Source: Gemmatimonadales bacterium (lineage in GTDB: Bacteria; Gemmatimonadota; Gemmatimonadetes; Gemmatimonadales; GWC2-71-9). Taken from it: a DNA stretch of 39,539 bases. Where the stretch lies: the NCBI GenBank assembly GCA_035573235.1, contig DATMZX010000298.1, positions 1 through 39,539 on the forward strand. The letters are read 5' to 3'. Shown here piece after piece: positions 8,487 to 18,155 of this stretch (position 1 is the first letter of the stretch; each line of letters begins with the position of its first letter). The translations under genes were made by a program, and so were the position numbers. The notes beneath the pieces were generated by a model that worked only from the letters and a program-made list of their open reading frames with translations, was not told the origin of the DNA and did not search any database.

Positions 8487-9168
8487 GCCCCTGCAGGACC
8501 TGCAAGGCGACGTTGACCAGCAGCGCCATCGCGAGCAGCACGAAGCCGAGCGCGAGCGCCATTCCGAAATCCCCTTGCGACGTGAACAGCGCGACCGCGG
8601 TCGTGAGCGTGCGCGTCGAGCCGCGGATGTTGCCGCCGACGATCATCGCGGCGCCGATTTCCGCGACGACCTGCCCGAACGCCGCGGTGATCACGGCGGC
8701 GAGCGCGAAGCGCGCTTCGCGCGCCACCGTCCAGGCGACGCGCCACGATCCCGCGCCGAGCGTTTCGGCGGTGCGACGGATGCGCGGATCGACCCCCTGG
8801 ATCGATGCCGCCGAGAGGGCGGCCGCGATCGGCAGCGCGAGCAGGACGTCGCCGACGACGATCGCCTGCCAGGTGTAGAGCCAGCCGATGGCGCCGAGCG
8901 GACCGCGCCGCGACAGCAGCCCGTAGAGCAGCAGCCCGACGACGACGGTGGGAAACGCGAGCGCGGTGTTGACGACGGTGAGCGCCGCGCGGCGGCCCCA
9001 GAACCGGCGCGTCGCGAGGAAGTAGCCGAGCGGCAGCCCGATCGCGCACGCGATGAACGTGGCGACGACCGCGACTCGCAATGTCAGGAGGGCGATGCCG
9101 TAGACTTCTGAATCACCCGTGACGAGAAGATCCCAGGCGCGTCGAAACCCTTCGGCTAGAAAGTCCAT
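8473..9168 (-). CDS. ABC transporter permease (TupB-like tungstate/molybdate-type)
   Basis: ~231 aa from the ATG at 9168 (MDFLAEGFRRAWDLLVTGDSEVYGIALLTLRV). It has an EAA-loop-like RRTAETLGAGSWRVAW and five to six hydrophobic helices. The track start at 9204 is the alternative. Confidence 0.8.
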   Translation of the reverse strand: MDFLAEGFRRAWDLLVTGDSEVYGIALLTLRVAVVATFIACAIGLPLGYFLATRRFWGRRAALTVVNTALAFPTVVVGLLLYGLLSRRGPLGAIGWLYTWQAIVVGDVLLALPIAAALSAASIQGVDPRIRRTAETLGAGSWRVAWTVAREARFALAAVITAAFGQVVAEIGAAMIVGGNIRGSTRTLTTAVALFTSQGDFGMALALGFVLLAMALLVNVALQVLQGRGSG

Positions 9169-9896
9169 CCCACGCCGAGGCTCATCCAGGGGTGCGTCAC
9201 CCAATCGGTGAGGTTTTGGGTGATCGGGACGACGCGCGACCCGTCAGGCGAGAGCTGCGCGTGAAATGACGACGGGTACTTGAGTTTCCACCACTCCAGC
9301 CGCGCTTCGGGGTTGAGGAAGAGGTGCCGCGTCGCGTACCAGCGGATGCCGCCGGCCGCCGTGAGGCCGACTTTCGTTCCGAACTTGTAGCCGCTCTTGC
9401 TCGTGTCACCGGGTGAATGCACGTCGAACGTCACCCCAAGTCCGAGACCGGCATAGGGGCCGATGCGATGCCACGACTTGTTGCCGGTGAGCCGCAGATG
9501 CAACACGATTTCGGTGAGAACCAGATTGCTTTCGTACGGCCCTGTCTTGCGCTGGGGCGACGATGAATCGGCGAACGGATTGATGATAAACCGGTCGCCC
9601 ATCAAATAGGCCACGTTGAACTGGAACAGCATCGAGCGCCCGCTCGGCAGCTCGTAGCGGAGCCCGATCGTGTTGGCGTTGCTCGGCCCGGCATCGACCC
9701 GGCCGCGGTCGCCGCTCAGGTGGCCGGCATACACCCCGATTGCCGGCAGCAGCGTGATGTCGCGATAGGGGGAGGAGCCGGCGTCGTGCCCTACTTGGGC
9801 GGTTAGGCGGTTGAGCGGTTGGGCGGTCAGGAGGACCGCCGCCGCCAGAGCATAGCTAACCGCCGAACCGGCAAACCGCCTAACCACTCGTGCCAT
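9156..9896 (-). CDS. Hypothetical outer-membrane beta-barrel protein
   Basis: ~246 aa. It has a signal-like N-terminus (AAAVLLTAQ), an alternating beta pattern and a C-terminal ...LGVGWTF. It loosely resembles the 5140-5949 product (IGPYAGLGLGV vs ISPYARFNVGV). The ATG at 9896 shares 1 nt with the gpmI stop. Confidence 0.6.
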   Translation of the reverse strand: MARVVRRFAGSAVSYALAAAVLLTAQPLNRLTAQVGHDAGSSPYRDITLLPAIGVYAGHLSGDRGRVDAGPSNANTIGLRYELPSGRSMLFQFNVAYLMGDRFIINPFADSSSPQRKTGPYESNLVLTEIVLHLRLTGNKSWHRIGPYAGLGLGVTFDVHSPGDTSKSGYKFGTKVGLTAAGGIRWYATRHLFLNPEARLEWWKLKYPSSFHAQLSPDGSRVVPITQNLTDWVTHPWMSLGVGWTF

Positions 9897-11440
9897 CAAT
9901 CAGTCTCCCTGAGGTCGCGCCCCGTCATCTCCGCGGGCGGTTCAATCCCGAGCATGTTCAGAATCGTGGGTCCAACATCTCGCAGCGCCCCACCGGCACG
10001 CAATGTCTTCGCGCCGGCCCGATCGCCGACGATCACCAACGGCACCGGATTCGTCGTGTGCGCCGTGTGCGGACCGCCCGTCGCCGGATCGATCATCAGC
10101 TCGCAGTTTCCGTGATCGGCCGTCACCAACACCGTGGCACCGGCTTTTTCGGCTGCCGGGAGCACGCGCGCGAGGCAGCGATCGACGGTCTCCACGGCCT
10201 TCACCGCCGCGGGGAGCACGCCGGAGTGCCCGACCATGTCTCCGTTGGCGTAGTTGCACAGAATGAAATCGTGTTGTTTCTGCTCGATCGCTTTGCACAG
10301 CACGTCGGTCACGCCGGGAGCGCTCATCTCCGGCATCAGGTCGTACGTCGCGACTCTCTGGGACGGCACGAGCAGCCGCTCTTCGCCCTTGTACGGCGGC
10401 TCGTAGCCGCCGTTGAAGAAGTACGTGACGTGCGCGTATTTCTCGGTCTCGGCGGTCCGGAACATCGTCTTGCCGTTCTCGGACAGCACTTCCGCCACGA
10501 TTTGCGACAGGACGATCGGGCCGAATGCGGCGGGGAAGGGCAGCGTTTTGTCGTACTGCGTCATCGTGACGAGCCGCACCTTCGGCCGGCCGAAGATATC
10601 GAAGCCGTCGAAGTCCGGCACCGCCAAGGCCCGCACGATCTGGCGCATCCGGTCGGCTCGATAGTTGAAACAGAACACGCCATCGCCGTCCTTGATGAGC
10701 GGCGCGCCCTCGACCACCCGCGGCTTGACGAACTCGTCGGTCTCGCCGGCACCATACGCCTGCTTGATGGCCGCGATCGGATCGGAAACCTTGGCTCCGA
10801 TGCCTTTCACCATCGCGTCGTAGGCGAGCCGAGTCCGCTCCCAACGTTTATCCCGGTCCATGGCGTAGTACCGACCAACCACGGTCGCTACTACCGTCCG
10901 ACCGTCCGACCGTCCGACCGTCCGACAGAGCTCCTCCATGAATTCGAGCCCCGACTGCGGCGGCGTGTCGCGTCCGTCGAGCCAGGCGTGGATCGCCACT
11001 TTGATGCCCGCGCGGCGGCCGAGCTCCACGGCCGCGAACAGGTGCTTGTCGAGCGCATGGACGCCGCCGGTGCCGATCAATCCCATGATGTGCAGCGTGG
11101 CATCGCGGCGACGCAGGTCGTCGACCAGGTCCACGAGCACGGGGATGCGGAAGAACTCGCCAGACTCGATCGACTGGGAGATGCGGACCAGATCCTGAGG
11201 CACGACTCTGCCGGCGCCGAGGTTCAGGTGACCGACTTCGCTGTTGCCGATCTGGCCGGCGGGCAGCCCCACGGCGAGGCCGGACGCTTCGAGCAGCGTG
11301 CGCGGCGCGCGCTCCCACAGCCGGTGCCACACCGGTGTGTCGCCCAATTCGATGGCGTTTCCGTCGCGACCCGGTCGAAAGCCCCACCCGTCGAGCACAA
11401 TCAGGACGACCGGGGTGCGCGTGCTGCGGCTCATTGTCAT
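9896..11440 (-). CDS. gpmI: 2,3-bisphosphoglycerate-independent phosphoglycerate mutase
   Basis: 514 aa. It shows VVLIVLDGWG, NSEVGHLNLGAGR, TADHGN and the full-length iPGM layout. Confidence 0.9.
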   Translation of the reverse strand: MTMSRSTRTPVVLIVLDGWGFRPGRDGNAIELGDTPVWHRLWERAPRTLLEASGLAVGLPAGQIGNSEVGHLNLGAGRVVPQDLVRISQSIESGEFFRIPVLVDLVDDLRRRDATLHIMGLIGTGGVHALDKHLFAAVELGRRAGIKVAIHAWLDGRDTPPQSGLEFMEELCRTVGRSDGRTVVATVVGRYYAMDRDKRWERTRLAYDAMVKGIGAKVSDPIAAIKQAYGAGETDEFVKPRVVEGAPLIKDGDGVFCFNYRADRMRQIVRALAVPDFDGFDIFGRPKVRLVTMTQYDKTLPFPAAFGPIVLSQIVAEVLSENGKTMFRTAETEKYAHVTYFFNGGYEPPYKGEERLLVPSQRVATYDLMPEMSAPGVTDVLCKAIEQKQHDFILCNYANGDMVGHSGVLPAAVKAVETVDRCLARVLPAAEKAGATVLVTADHGNCELMIDPATGGPHTAHTTNPVPLVIVGDRAGAKTLRAGGALRDVGPTILNMLGIEPPAEMTGRDLRETD

Positions 11441-11450
11441 ATTGAAGGGG

Positions 11451-12509
11451 ATGCAAGTTAGCCAGATCGTTCCTGCGCTACTAGTTGTGGCGGCGCTCGC
11501 GACGCCGCATGCCCCCCCCGCTCTTGCACAGGGCGCTTCCCGCTATCGCGTTACCGCCGACAACACGTGGTTTTTCGCCGATGTGGCGGGCCGGCGCATC
11601 GCCCGGCTTGCGAATGGCGCGGTCCTGACGGCGACTGGTGCGACCCGCAACGAGTGGATCGAGCTCACGCTCGACGGCTTCATCTTCGCCAGCTCCGTCG
11701 GGCCGAGCGATCGCCCCGACTTCGATCTGCTGGTGACGCGCTCACCGAATGAGAATCTGCGCGGTGCCCCGGCGGGACCGCTCCTGGCCGTGTTGTCCCA
11801 GGGCTTTGGATTGAAACGGGCGGCCGCGGGCGACAGCAGCGGGCGCTGGGTCCACGTCACGCGGACCGGCTGGGCGCAGCGCAGCGCGCTGGCGCCCGTG
11901 GCCGACGTCGTCGCCACGCGCACCGCCGAGTCCGCGGGCAACGACACGTCCGGCGACGGGAGCGCCGCGGGGGCCGGGGACTCGACGCGGGTGGACTCCA
12001 GCCGCGCGCAACCTGTGCGCATGACGACGCTGTATCGCGCGCCCGACGGTCCCGAAGCCGGCACACTCGCGGCCGAGATCCCGCTGCGCGTGTTGAGTCG
12101 CAACGGCGAGTGGACGCGCGTGCAATTCGAGGGCTGGGTGAAGGGCGGAGAATTACAGGCGGCGCCCGCCGGAGTTCTGGTCGGCGTCACCGCCGCCGAG
12201 CTGCGCGCCGAGCCGCAGCGCTACGTGGGACAGGTGCTGCGCTGGCGGCTCGAGTTCATCGCGATTCAGAAAGCCGACGAGCTGCGGCCCGACATTCCGG
12301 CCGGCTCGTCCTACGTCCTTGGCCGCGGTCCGCTACCCGAGCGCGGCTTCGTGTACATCATCGTTCCCGACAGCAAACTGCCCCTGTTCCGCGCGCTCAC
12401 GCCGCTCGTGGTCATGCAAGTCACCGCGCGAGTCCGCAACGGACGCAGCCGCTATCTCGGCAATCCTGTCGTGGATCTGATTTCGCTGGAGGGAGGCGTC
12501 ACACCGTGA
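11451..12509 (+). CDS. Hypothetical exported protein (SH3-like repeats?)
   Basis: 352 aa from the ATG at 11451, preceded by GAAGGGG. It has a signal peptide ending ALAQG. Segments of the type NEWIELTLDGFIF / GRWVHVTRTGWA / GEWTRVQFEGWV recur. No confident family was assigned. Confidence 0.6.
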   Translation: MQVSQIVPALLVVAALATPHAPPALAQGASRYRVTADNTWFFADVAGRRIARLANGAVLTATGATRNEWIELTLDGFIFASSVGPSDRPDFDLLVTRSPNENLRGAPAGPLLAVLSQGFGLKRAAAGDSSGRWVHVTRTGWAQRSALAPVADVVATRTAESAGNDTSGDGSAAGAGDSTRVDSSRAQPVRMTTLYRAPDGPEAGTLAAEIPLRVLSRNGEWTRVQFEGWVKGGELQAAPAGVLVGVTAAELRAEPQRYVGQVLRWRLEFIAIQKADELRPDIPAGSSYVLGRGPLPERGFVYIIVPDSKLPLFRALTPLVVMQVTARVRNGRSRYLGNPVVDLISLEGGVTP

Positions 12510-12841
12510 ACGACGTGTTGGCCGAACGCATCCGCCGCAAGCTCGATGTGATGCCCGACGAGCAGGCGTATCAGGTGCTCGACTACATCGAATTCCTCGA
12601 GTCCAAGTACGCGCAGCGCGCCGCCGGCGCGCCCGCGTTCCAGAAGGTCGCCGAAACGCTGGAAGACACGATGCGCGCCGGCCGAGTGCCGGTCACCATC
12701 ATCAAGGGCACGATGGACGCCGTGGGCAAAGCCGGGCGGTTCTTCGAAGGCGTCGTGGCGGCGGGCAAAGCCGCGGTTGAAGAAGCGACCAAGAAGGCGG
12801 CCCCCCCGAAACCGGTTGAGGAAAACAAGCCGGCCCAGTAA
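12506..12841 (+). CDS. Hypothetical small protein (DUF2281-like N-terminus, Ala/Lys-rich tail)
   Basis: 111 aa from a GTG that overlaps the upstream TGA (GTGA). [30 protein letters not shown] resembles DUF2281. High GC3 supports coding. Confidence 0.5.
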   Translation: MNDVLAERIRRKLDVMPDEQAYQVLDYIEFLESKYAQRAAGAPAFQKVAETLEDTMRAGRVPVTIIKGTMDAVGKAGRFFEGVVAAGKAAVEEATKKAAPPKPVEENKPAQ

Positions 12842-12849
12842 CTTCCGCC

Positions 12850-14307
12850 ATGGGAACCTTCCGACCCGACGTCGCCCTGACCTTCGACGACGTCCTGCTC
12901 GTGCCCCGTCACTCGACGGTGCATCCCCGCAACGTCGCCGTCGCCAGCCGCTTCACGCGCTCGATCCCCCTGAACATTCCGATCGTCTCCGCCGCCATGG
13001 ACACCGTCACCGAAGCGGAAATGGCGATCGCGATGGCGCAGCTGGGCGGCATCGGCGTCGTTCATAAGAACATGTCGATCGACCGGCAGGCCGCCGAGGT
13101 CGATCGCGTGAAGCGCAGCGAATCGGGCATGATCATGAACCCGATCACGCTCGGGCCCGACCGGCCGCTGCGCGAGGCGCAGCAGCTGATGGTGCGCTTC
13201 AAGATCTCCGGCGTGCCGATCGTCGACGGGGCGGGGAAGCTCGTCGGCATCATCACGAACCGCGATCTGCAATTCGAGCGCGAGCTCGACCGGCCGATTC
13301 GCGACGTGATGACCAAGGACAAGCTGGTCACGGCCCCGATCGGCACCACGCTCGATGAAGCCGAGCGCATCCTCGCCAAACACCGCATCGAGAAGCTGCC
13401 GGTCGTCGACAAGCAGGGGTTGTTGAAGGGCCTCATTACCATCAAGGACATCTTCAAGCGCCGGCAGTATCCGGACGCGAACAAGGACTCACACGGTCGG
13501 CTGCGCGTCGCCGCCGCCGTTGGCGGCACGCCTGAGGCGCGCGCCCGCGCGCAGGCGCTCATCGACGCCGGCTGCGACGTCGTCGTGGTGGACTCGGCGC
13601 ACGGGCATAGCCAGGGAGTGCTCGATACCGTCGCGTGCCTGCGCGACGCATTCCCCGATACCCAGCTCGTGGCCGGCAACATCGCCACGGAAAGCGGGGC
13701 GAAGGCTCTGGTCGAGCGCGGTGTCGATGCGGTCAAAGTCGGTGTCGGACCCGGCTCGATCTGTACCACGCGCGTCGTGACGGGCATCGGCGTCCCGCAG
13801 ATCACGGCGATCGTCGACGCGGTGCGGGGCGCGGGCGATATCCCCATCATCGCCGACGGCGGGATCAAGTACTCGGGCGACGCGGTGAAAGCGCTCGCAG
13901 CCGGCGCCGAAAGCGTGATGATGGGCTCGATGCTGGCGGGGACCGAGGAGAGTCCGGGCGAATCGTTCCTGTTGGAGGGACGTCGCTTCAAGGTGATCCG
14001 CGGCATGGGCAGCCTCTCCGCCATGGAAGAAGGCTCGGCGGATCGCTACTTCCAGGAGGGCGAGGTCTCCCAGCAGAAACTCGTTCCCGAAGGTATCGAA
14101 GGGCGCGTACCGTATCGCGGCCCCGTGGCCGACGTGGTGTTTCAAATGGTTGGTGGGTTGCGCAGCGGCATGGGTTACTGCGGCGTGTGCGACATCAAGG
14201 CGCTGCGGACCGAGACTCAGTTCATCCGAATCACCGCCGCCGGGCTGCGGGAATCCCACCCTCATGATGTGGTGATCACCCGTGAAGCGCCCAACTACAG
14301 CCTGTAA
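12850..14307 (+). CDS. guaB: Inosine-5'-monophosphate dehydrogenase
   Basis: 485 aa with a CBS pair. It has the catalytic loop [11 protein letters not shown] and a [11 protein letters not shown] end. Confidence 0.95.
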   Translation: MGTFRPDVALTFDDVLLVPRHSTVHPRNVAVASRFTRSIPLNIPIVSAAMDTVTEAEMAIAMAQLGGIGVVHKNMSIDRQAAEVDRVKRSESGMIMNPITLGPDRPLREAQQLMVRFKISGVPIVDGAGKLVGIITNRDLQFERELDRPIRDVMTKDKLVTAPIGTTLDEAERILAKHRIEKLPVVDKQGLLKGLITIKDIFKRRQYPDANKDSHGRLRVAAAVGGTPEARARAQALIDAGCDVVVVDSAHGHSQGVLDTVACLRDAFPDTQLVAGNIATESGAKALVERGVDAVKVGVGPGSICTTRVVTGIGVPQITAIVDAVRGAGDIPIIADGGIKYSGDAVKALAAGAESVMMGSMLAGTEESPGESFLLEGRRFKVIRGMGSLSAMEEGSADRYFQEGEVSQQKLVPEGIEGRVPYRGPVADVVFQMVGGLRSGMGYCGVCDIKALRTETQFIRITAAGLRESHPHDVVITREAPNYSL

Positions 14308-14346
14308 GGCTATAGTCTCTAACACCGTCCTCTATTGACAGATCGG

Positions 14347-14370
14347 GGACCCCGGGGAACGTTGGGGTCC
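14347..14370. terminator. Possible stem-loop downstream of guaB
   Basis: GGACCCC (14347-14353) pairs with GGGGTCC (14364-14370) around a 10-nt loop. It lies 40 nt after the guaB stop and has no U-tract. Confidence 0.3.
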
Positions 14371-14410
14371 GTCTACCGACGTTTCGTCACTTCCTGAACG
14401 GAGATCGTGC

Positions 14411-15916
14411 ATGAGCTTGTTTGCTACGAAATCCATCGCAAGCCTGCGCGCTGAAGCCGACGAGGCCGGCGAGCACCAACTCAAGCGGGCGCTGACGCCG
14501 CTCAACCTGATCACGCTCGGCATCGGCGCGATCATCGGCGCCGGCATCTTCGTACTCACCGGCCAGGCGGCCGCGGCGCATGCCGGGCCGGCCGTGCCGA
14601 TCTCCATGGCTCTGGTCGGGATCGCGTGCGCGTTCGCCGGCCTCTGTTACGCCGAGATGGCGAGCGCCGTCCCGGTTGCGGGGAGCGCGTACACATACTC
14701 CTACGCCACGATGGGTGAGCTCATCGCCTGGATCATCGGGTGGGATCTCGTGCTCGAGTACGCCGCCGGTGCGGCGACCGTCGGAGTCGGCTGGTCGGGT
14801 CACTTCGTTTCCCTGCTCAAGAATTTCGGACTCGCGCTCCCCCCCCATCTGGTCGGCTCACCGACGCGCTGGTGCACGCAGGCCGAAGTGGACGCCGCGG
14901 TCGCCGGCTGCCACCAGGCCGGTCTGGTGTTCACGGGCGCGTGGATCAATCTCCCGGCGGTCTTCATCGTCATCCTGATGTCGACGGTCCTCGTCATCGG
15001 CATCAAGGAATCGGCCACCGTCAACAACTTCATCGTCATCCTCAAGGTCACGATCATTCTGCTCGTGGTCGCGGTGGGCCTCGGGCACATCACGCCGGAG
15101 AACTACAAGCCGTTCATTCCGGACAACACCGGGCACTGGGGCACGTACGGCTGGTCGGGCGTGCTGCGCGGCGCGGGTCTCGTCTTCTTCGCCTACATCG
15201 GCTTCGACGCCGTTTCGACGGCCGCGCAGGAAGCCCGCAATCCGCAAAAAGACATGCCGATCGGGATTCTGGGTTCGCTGTTCATTTGTACGCTGCTCTA
15301 CATCGTCGTTTCCGCGATCCTGGTCGGGTTGGTGCCGTTCAAGGAGCTCAACGTCGACGCGCCCGTCGCGTACGCGATGGAGAAGGTCGGCGCGCCGGGC
15401 TGGGTGCGGATCGCGATCGACATCGGCGCGGTGCTCGGGCTGGGATCGGTCATCCTGGTGATGTTGCTCGGCCAGTCGCGCGTGTTCTACTCGATGTCGC
15501 GGGACGGGCTGCTCGGCAAATGGGCGAGCGCCGTGCATCCACGGTATCGCACGCCGTATCTCTCGACGATTTTCACGGGCGTCGCGGTGATGTTCGCGAC
15601 GGGGTTCCTGCCGCTCCAGCTCCTGGGCCAGCTCGTGAACATCGGGACGCTGCTGGCGTTCGTGCTGGTGTGCGCGGGCGTGCTGATTCTGCGAAAGAAG
15701 CGGCCCGATCTCGATCGGCCCTTCAAAACCCCGTGGGTGCCGTTTGTCCCGATCGCCGGCGTCATCTGCTGCGCGGGACTGATGGCGACGCTGCCGCTAG
15801 ACACGTGGATTCGGCTGTTCGTCTGGCTCATCATCGGCTTCGTGATCTATTTCGGCTATAGCCGCAAGCACAGCAGGCTGCAGCGGGAGCTGCGCGGGCA
15901 GGCGCAGACCCGCTAG
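14411..15916 (+). CDS. Amino acid permease (APC superfamily, cationic amino acid transporter-like)
   Basis: 501 aa with ~12-14 hydrophobic helices. It has the LITLGIGAIIGAGIFVLTG signature near the N-terminus. Confidence 0.9.
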   Translation: MSLFATKSIASLRAEADEAGEHQLKRALTPLNLITLGIGAIIGAGIFVLTGQAAAAHAGPAVPISMALVGIACAFAGLCYAEMASAVPVAGSAYTYSYATMGELIAWIIGWDLVLEYAAGAATVGVGWSGHFVSLLKNFGLALPPHLVGSPTRWCTQAEVDAAVAGCHQAGLVFTGAWINLPAVFIVILMSTVLVIGIKESATVNNFIVILKVTIILLVVAVGLGHITPENYKPFIPDNTGHWGTYGWSGVLRGAGLVFFAYIGFDAVSTAAQEARNPQKDMPIGILGSLFICTLLYIVVSAILVGLVPFKELNVDAPVAYAMEKVGAPGWVRIAIDIGAVLGLGSVILVMLLGQSRVFYSMSRDGLLGKWASAVHPRYRTPYLSTIFTGVAVMFATGFLPLQLLGQLVNIGTLLAFVLVCAGVLILRKKRPDLDRPFKTPWVPFVPIAGVICCAGLMATLPLDTWIRLFVWLIIGFVIYFGYSRKHSRLQRELRGQAQTR

Positions 15917-15926
15917 AAAACGGGAC

Positions 15927-15974
15927 TTGGGACTGGGGCTTGGGGGCTAGGGTAGTCCCAGCCCCTAGTCCCAA
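15927..15974. terminator. Imperfect G/C-tract hairpin after the permease gene
   Basis: TTGGGACTGGGGCT (15927-15940) pairs with AGCCCCTAGTCCCAA (15960-15974), giving a 14-bp stem with one bulge. It sits inside a run of GGGAC/GGGGCT motifs followed by CCCCAA motifs and begins 11 nt after the stop codon. Confidence 0.45.
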
Positions 15975-16055
15975 TTCCCCAATCCCCAACCAAAGAACTA
16001 GTCCATAGGTTTGGTTGCGACTGGTAACCAATACCACGCGATTATCTTGCCCACG

Positions 16056-17081
16056 ATGAATCCGAACGGCGTTCCCGTTCCGCCCGAGCGTGCCCAGGCG
16101 GCGCGCGATGTGGCGGCGGCGCTTTCAAGCGCCCGCCACGTCGTGCTGACGACGCACGTCAATGCCGATGGCGATGGCGTCGGCAGCGAGATCGGCTTGT
16201 GGCACTTGCTGCGCGCGCAGGGCGTCGATGCCCGGATCGTGAACCCCACCGGCATTCCGGAGCGATTCAGTTTTCTCATTCCCGAAGGCGCCGATGCGAG
16301 CAGAGATGCGGTGCGCCAAATCGAGCGCGCCGACATCGTCGCCTCACTCGACATCGGCGACCTGACGCGACTCGGCGCGCTCGCGGCATTGATCAACAAG
16401 CGGCAGCCGCCATTCGTCTGCATCGATCACCACGTCGGCCCGGCGAAGCTGCCGGCGGGCCCGTGTCTCATCGCGCCCGAGGCCACCGCGACCGCCGAGC
16501 TCGTGTTCGATCTCGCGACGGTGGCGGGATGGTCGCTGACGGCCGAGGTCGCGCAGGCGCTGTATGTGGGTCTCCTGACGGACACCGGCGGGTTTCGCTT
16601 CTCGAACACGACCGCGCGCGCGCTGCGCGTCGCGGCGGCGCTCCTCGAAAAGGGCGTCGATCCCGAATCGATTTACGCCTCGGTGTACGCGAGCGCGCCC
16701 GAAGGCCGGGTGCGACTGCTCGCCGAAGTGCTGCAGACGCTCGTCGTCGAGCCGGAAGTGGGCCTCGCCTGGGTGAGCGTCCCGGCCGACGCGCTGCGTC
16801 GTCACGAAGTGACGGCCGACGACCTCGACGGCATCGTCGAGTTTCCCCGCTCGATTGCTGGCGTGCGCATGGCGCTGCTGTTCCGGCACATCGGTAATGG
16901 GAAGATCAAGGTCTCCTTCCGCTCGATGGGTGAAGTGGACGTCGCGGCGTTGGCGGGGCAGTTCGGCGGCGGCGGGCATCATCGCGCCGCGGGCGCGTCG
17001 CTCGCCGGATCGATGGCCGAGGTCGAAGAAAAAGTCCTGACGGCCGCGCGCGCGTTCCTGCTGGACGGACAACCGGCGTGA
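16056..17081 (+). CDS. nrnA: DHH-family phosphoesterase (NrnA-type oligoribonuclease / pAp phosphatase)
   Basis: 341 aa from the ATG at 16056. It has HVNADGDGVGS, CIDHHVG and a DHHA1 GGGGHHRAAG motif. The 15 codons upstream in the track ORF have low GC3. Confidence 0.8.
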   Translation: MNPNGVPVPPERAQAARDVAAALSSARHVVLTTHVNADGDGVGSEIGLWHLLRAQGVDARIVNPTGIPERFSFLIPEGADASRDAVRQIERADIVASLDIGDLTRLGALAALINKRQPPFVCIDHHVGPAKLPAGPCLIAPEATATAELVFDLATVAGWSLTAEVAQALYVGLLTDTGGFRFSNTTARALRVAAALLEKGVDPESIYASVYASAPEGRVRLLAEVLQTLVVEPEVGLAWVSVPADALRRHEVTADDLDGIVEFPRSIAGVRMALLFRHIGNGKIKVSFRSMGEVDVAALAGQFGGGGHHRAAGASLAGSMAEVEEKVLTAARAFLLDGQPA

Positions 17082-18154
17082 GCGCGGCCACCGTCGAGTC
17101 GCGCGTGCGCGAGGCGCTCGGCGCGATCACCGAGCCGCGACATGTGCGTGATCTGGCGGTCGACGCGGAGGGCGCGGTCACGTTCACCTTCGTGCTCACC
17201 ACCGCCGATCCCGGATCGCTGGCGCGGCGCGCGCGCAAGGCGGTGGAAGGCGTCGCGGGGGTGAGCAGTGTGAAGATGAGCGTCGTCGACGCGGTGCCGG
17301 GCGGCGGTCCGCCGCGTCCGTCTCCGGCGCCGGGTCCGCCGCCGCCACCGACGGCGGACGAGATGCCCGCGCTCGGCAAAGTCCTCGCGATCTCGAGCGG
17401 CAAGGGCGGCGTCGGCAAATCGACCGTATCCGCCAATCTGGCCGCGGCGCTCGCGCGCGAGGGGCACCGTGTCGGGCTCATGGATGCGGACATCTACGGG
17501 CCCAACATCCCGCGCATGTTCGGCCGGAACGACAAGCCGGAAGTGCAGGGCGGCAAGATTCAGCCGCTCGAGGCGCACGGCGTGAAGCTGATGTCGCTCG
17601 GCTTCATCGTGGAGCGCGACGCGCCGGCGATCTGGCGCGGGCCGATCATCATGAAGATCATCGGGCAGTTCCTGAAGGACGTGGCGTGGGGCGAGCTCGA
17701 CTATTTCCTGGTCGATCTCCCGCCCGGCACCGGCGATGCGCAGCTGTCGCTCACGCAGATCGTGCGGCTGCATGGCGCGATCATCGTGACGACGCCGCAG
17801 GAAATGGCGGTCGGCGATTCGCTGCGCGGCGCGAAGATGTTCGAGCGTGTGGGGGTGGGCGTCGTCGGGATCGTCGAAAACATGAGCTACTTCGTTTGTC
17901 CGCACTGCCACACGCGTTCCGAGGTGTTCCTCGCGGGCGGCGGGGCGCGGCTCGCGGCGGAGCTGGGCGTGCCCTTGCTCGGCCAGGTGCCGCTGCAGGC
18001 GGGGATGGCCGAGCTGGCCGACCAGGGGGAGCCGATCGTCGTCAGCCAGCCGGACTCTCCGGCCGGTGTCGCGTTACGTGATTTGGCTCGAACCGTGAGT
18101 GCCCGCACGGCGCATCTGACGGCGGCCGTTCCGATTACCGGCGCGCCGCGCTGA
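17078..18154 (+). CDS. Fe-S cluster carrier ATPase Mrp/ApbC with an N-terminal DUF59-like domain
   Basis: 358 aa. Its GTG overlaps the nrnA stop (GTGA). It has SGKGGVGKST and a CPHC motif (FVCPHCHTRSEVF). Confidence 0.9.
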   Translation: MSAATVESRVREALGAITEPRHVRDLAVDAEGAVTFTFVLTTADPGSLARRARKAVEGVAGVSSVKMSVVDAVPGGGPPRPSPAPGPPPPPTADEMPALGKVLAISSGKGGVGKSTVSANLAAALAREGHRVGLMDADIYGPNIPRMFGRNDKPEVQGGKIQPLEAHGVKLMSLGFIVERDAPAIWRGPIIMKIIGQFLKDVAWGELDYFLVDLPPGTGDAQLSLTQIVRLHGAIIVTTPQEMAVGDSLRGAKMFERVGVGVVGIVENMSYFVCPHCHTRSEVFLAGGGARLAAELGVPLLGQVPLQAGMAELADQGEPIVVSQPDSPAGVALRDLARTVSARTAHLTAAVPITGAPR

Positions 18155-18155
18155 C

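Noticed and set aside
7476-11440. Looked for a Moco riboswitch or other leader RNA ahead of the tungstate/molybdate transporter and Moco genes
   Set aside because: Gaps between genes in this string are 0-25 nt, or the genes overlap. There is no room for a ~130-nt Moco RNA motif inside the window.
14308-14410. Possible riboswitch or leader upstream of the amino acid permease
   Set aside because: The gap is only ~100 nt and holds one short hairpin that is more simply the guaB terminator. No conserved riboswitch core was recognised.
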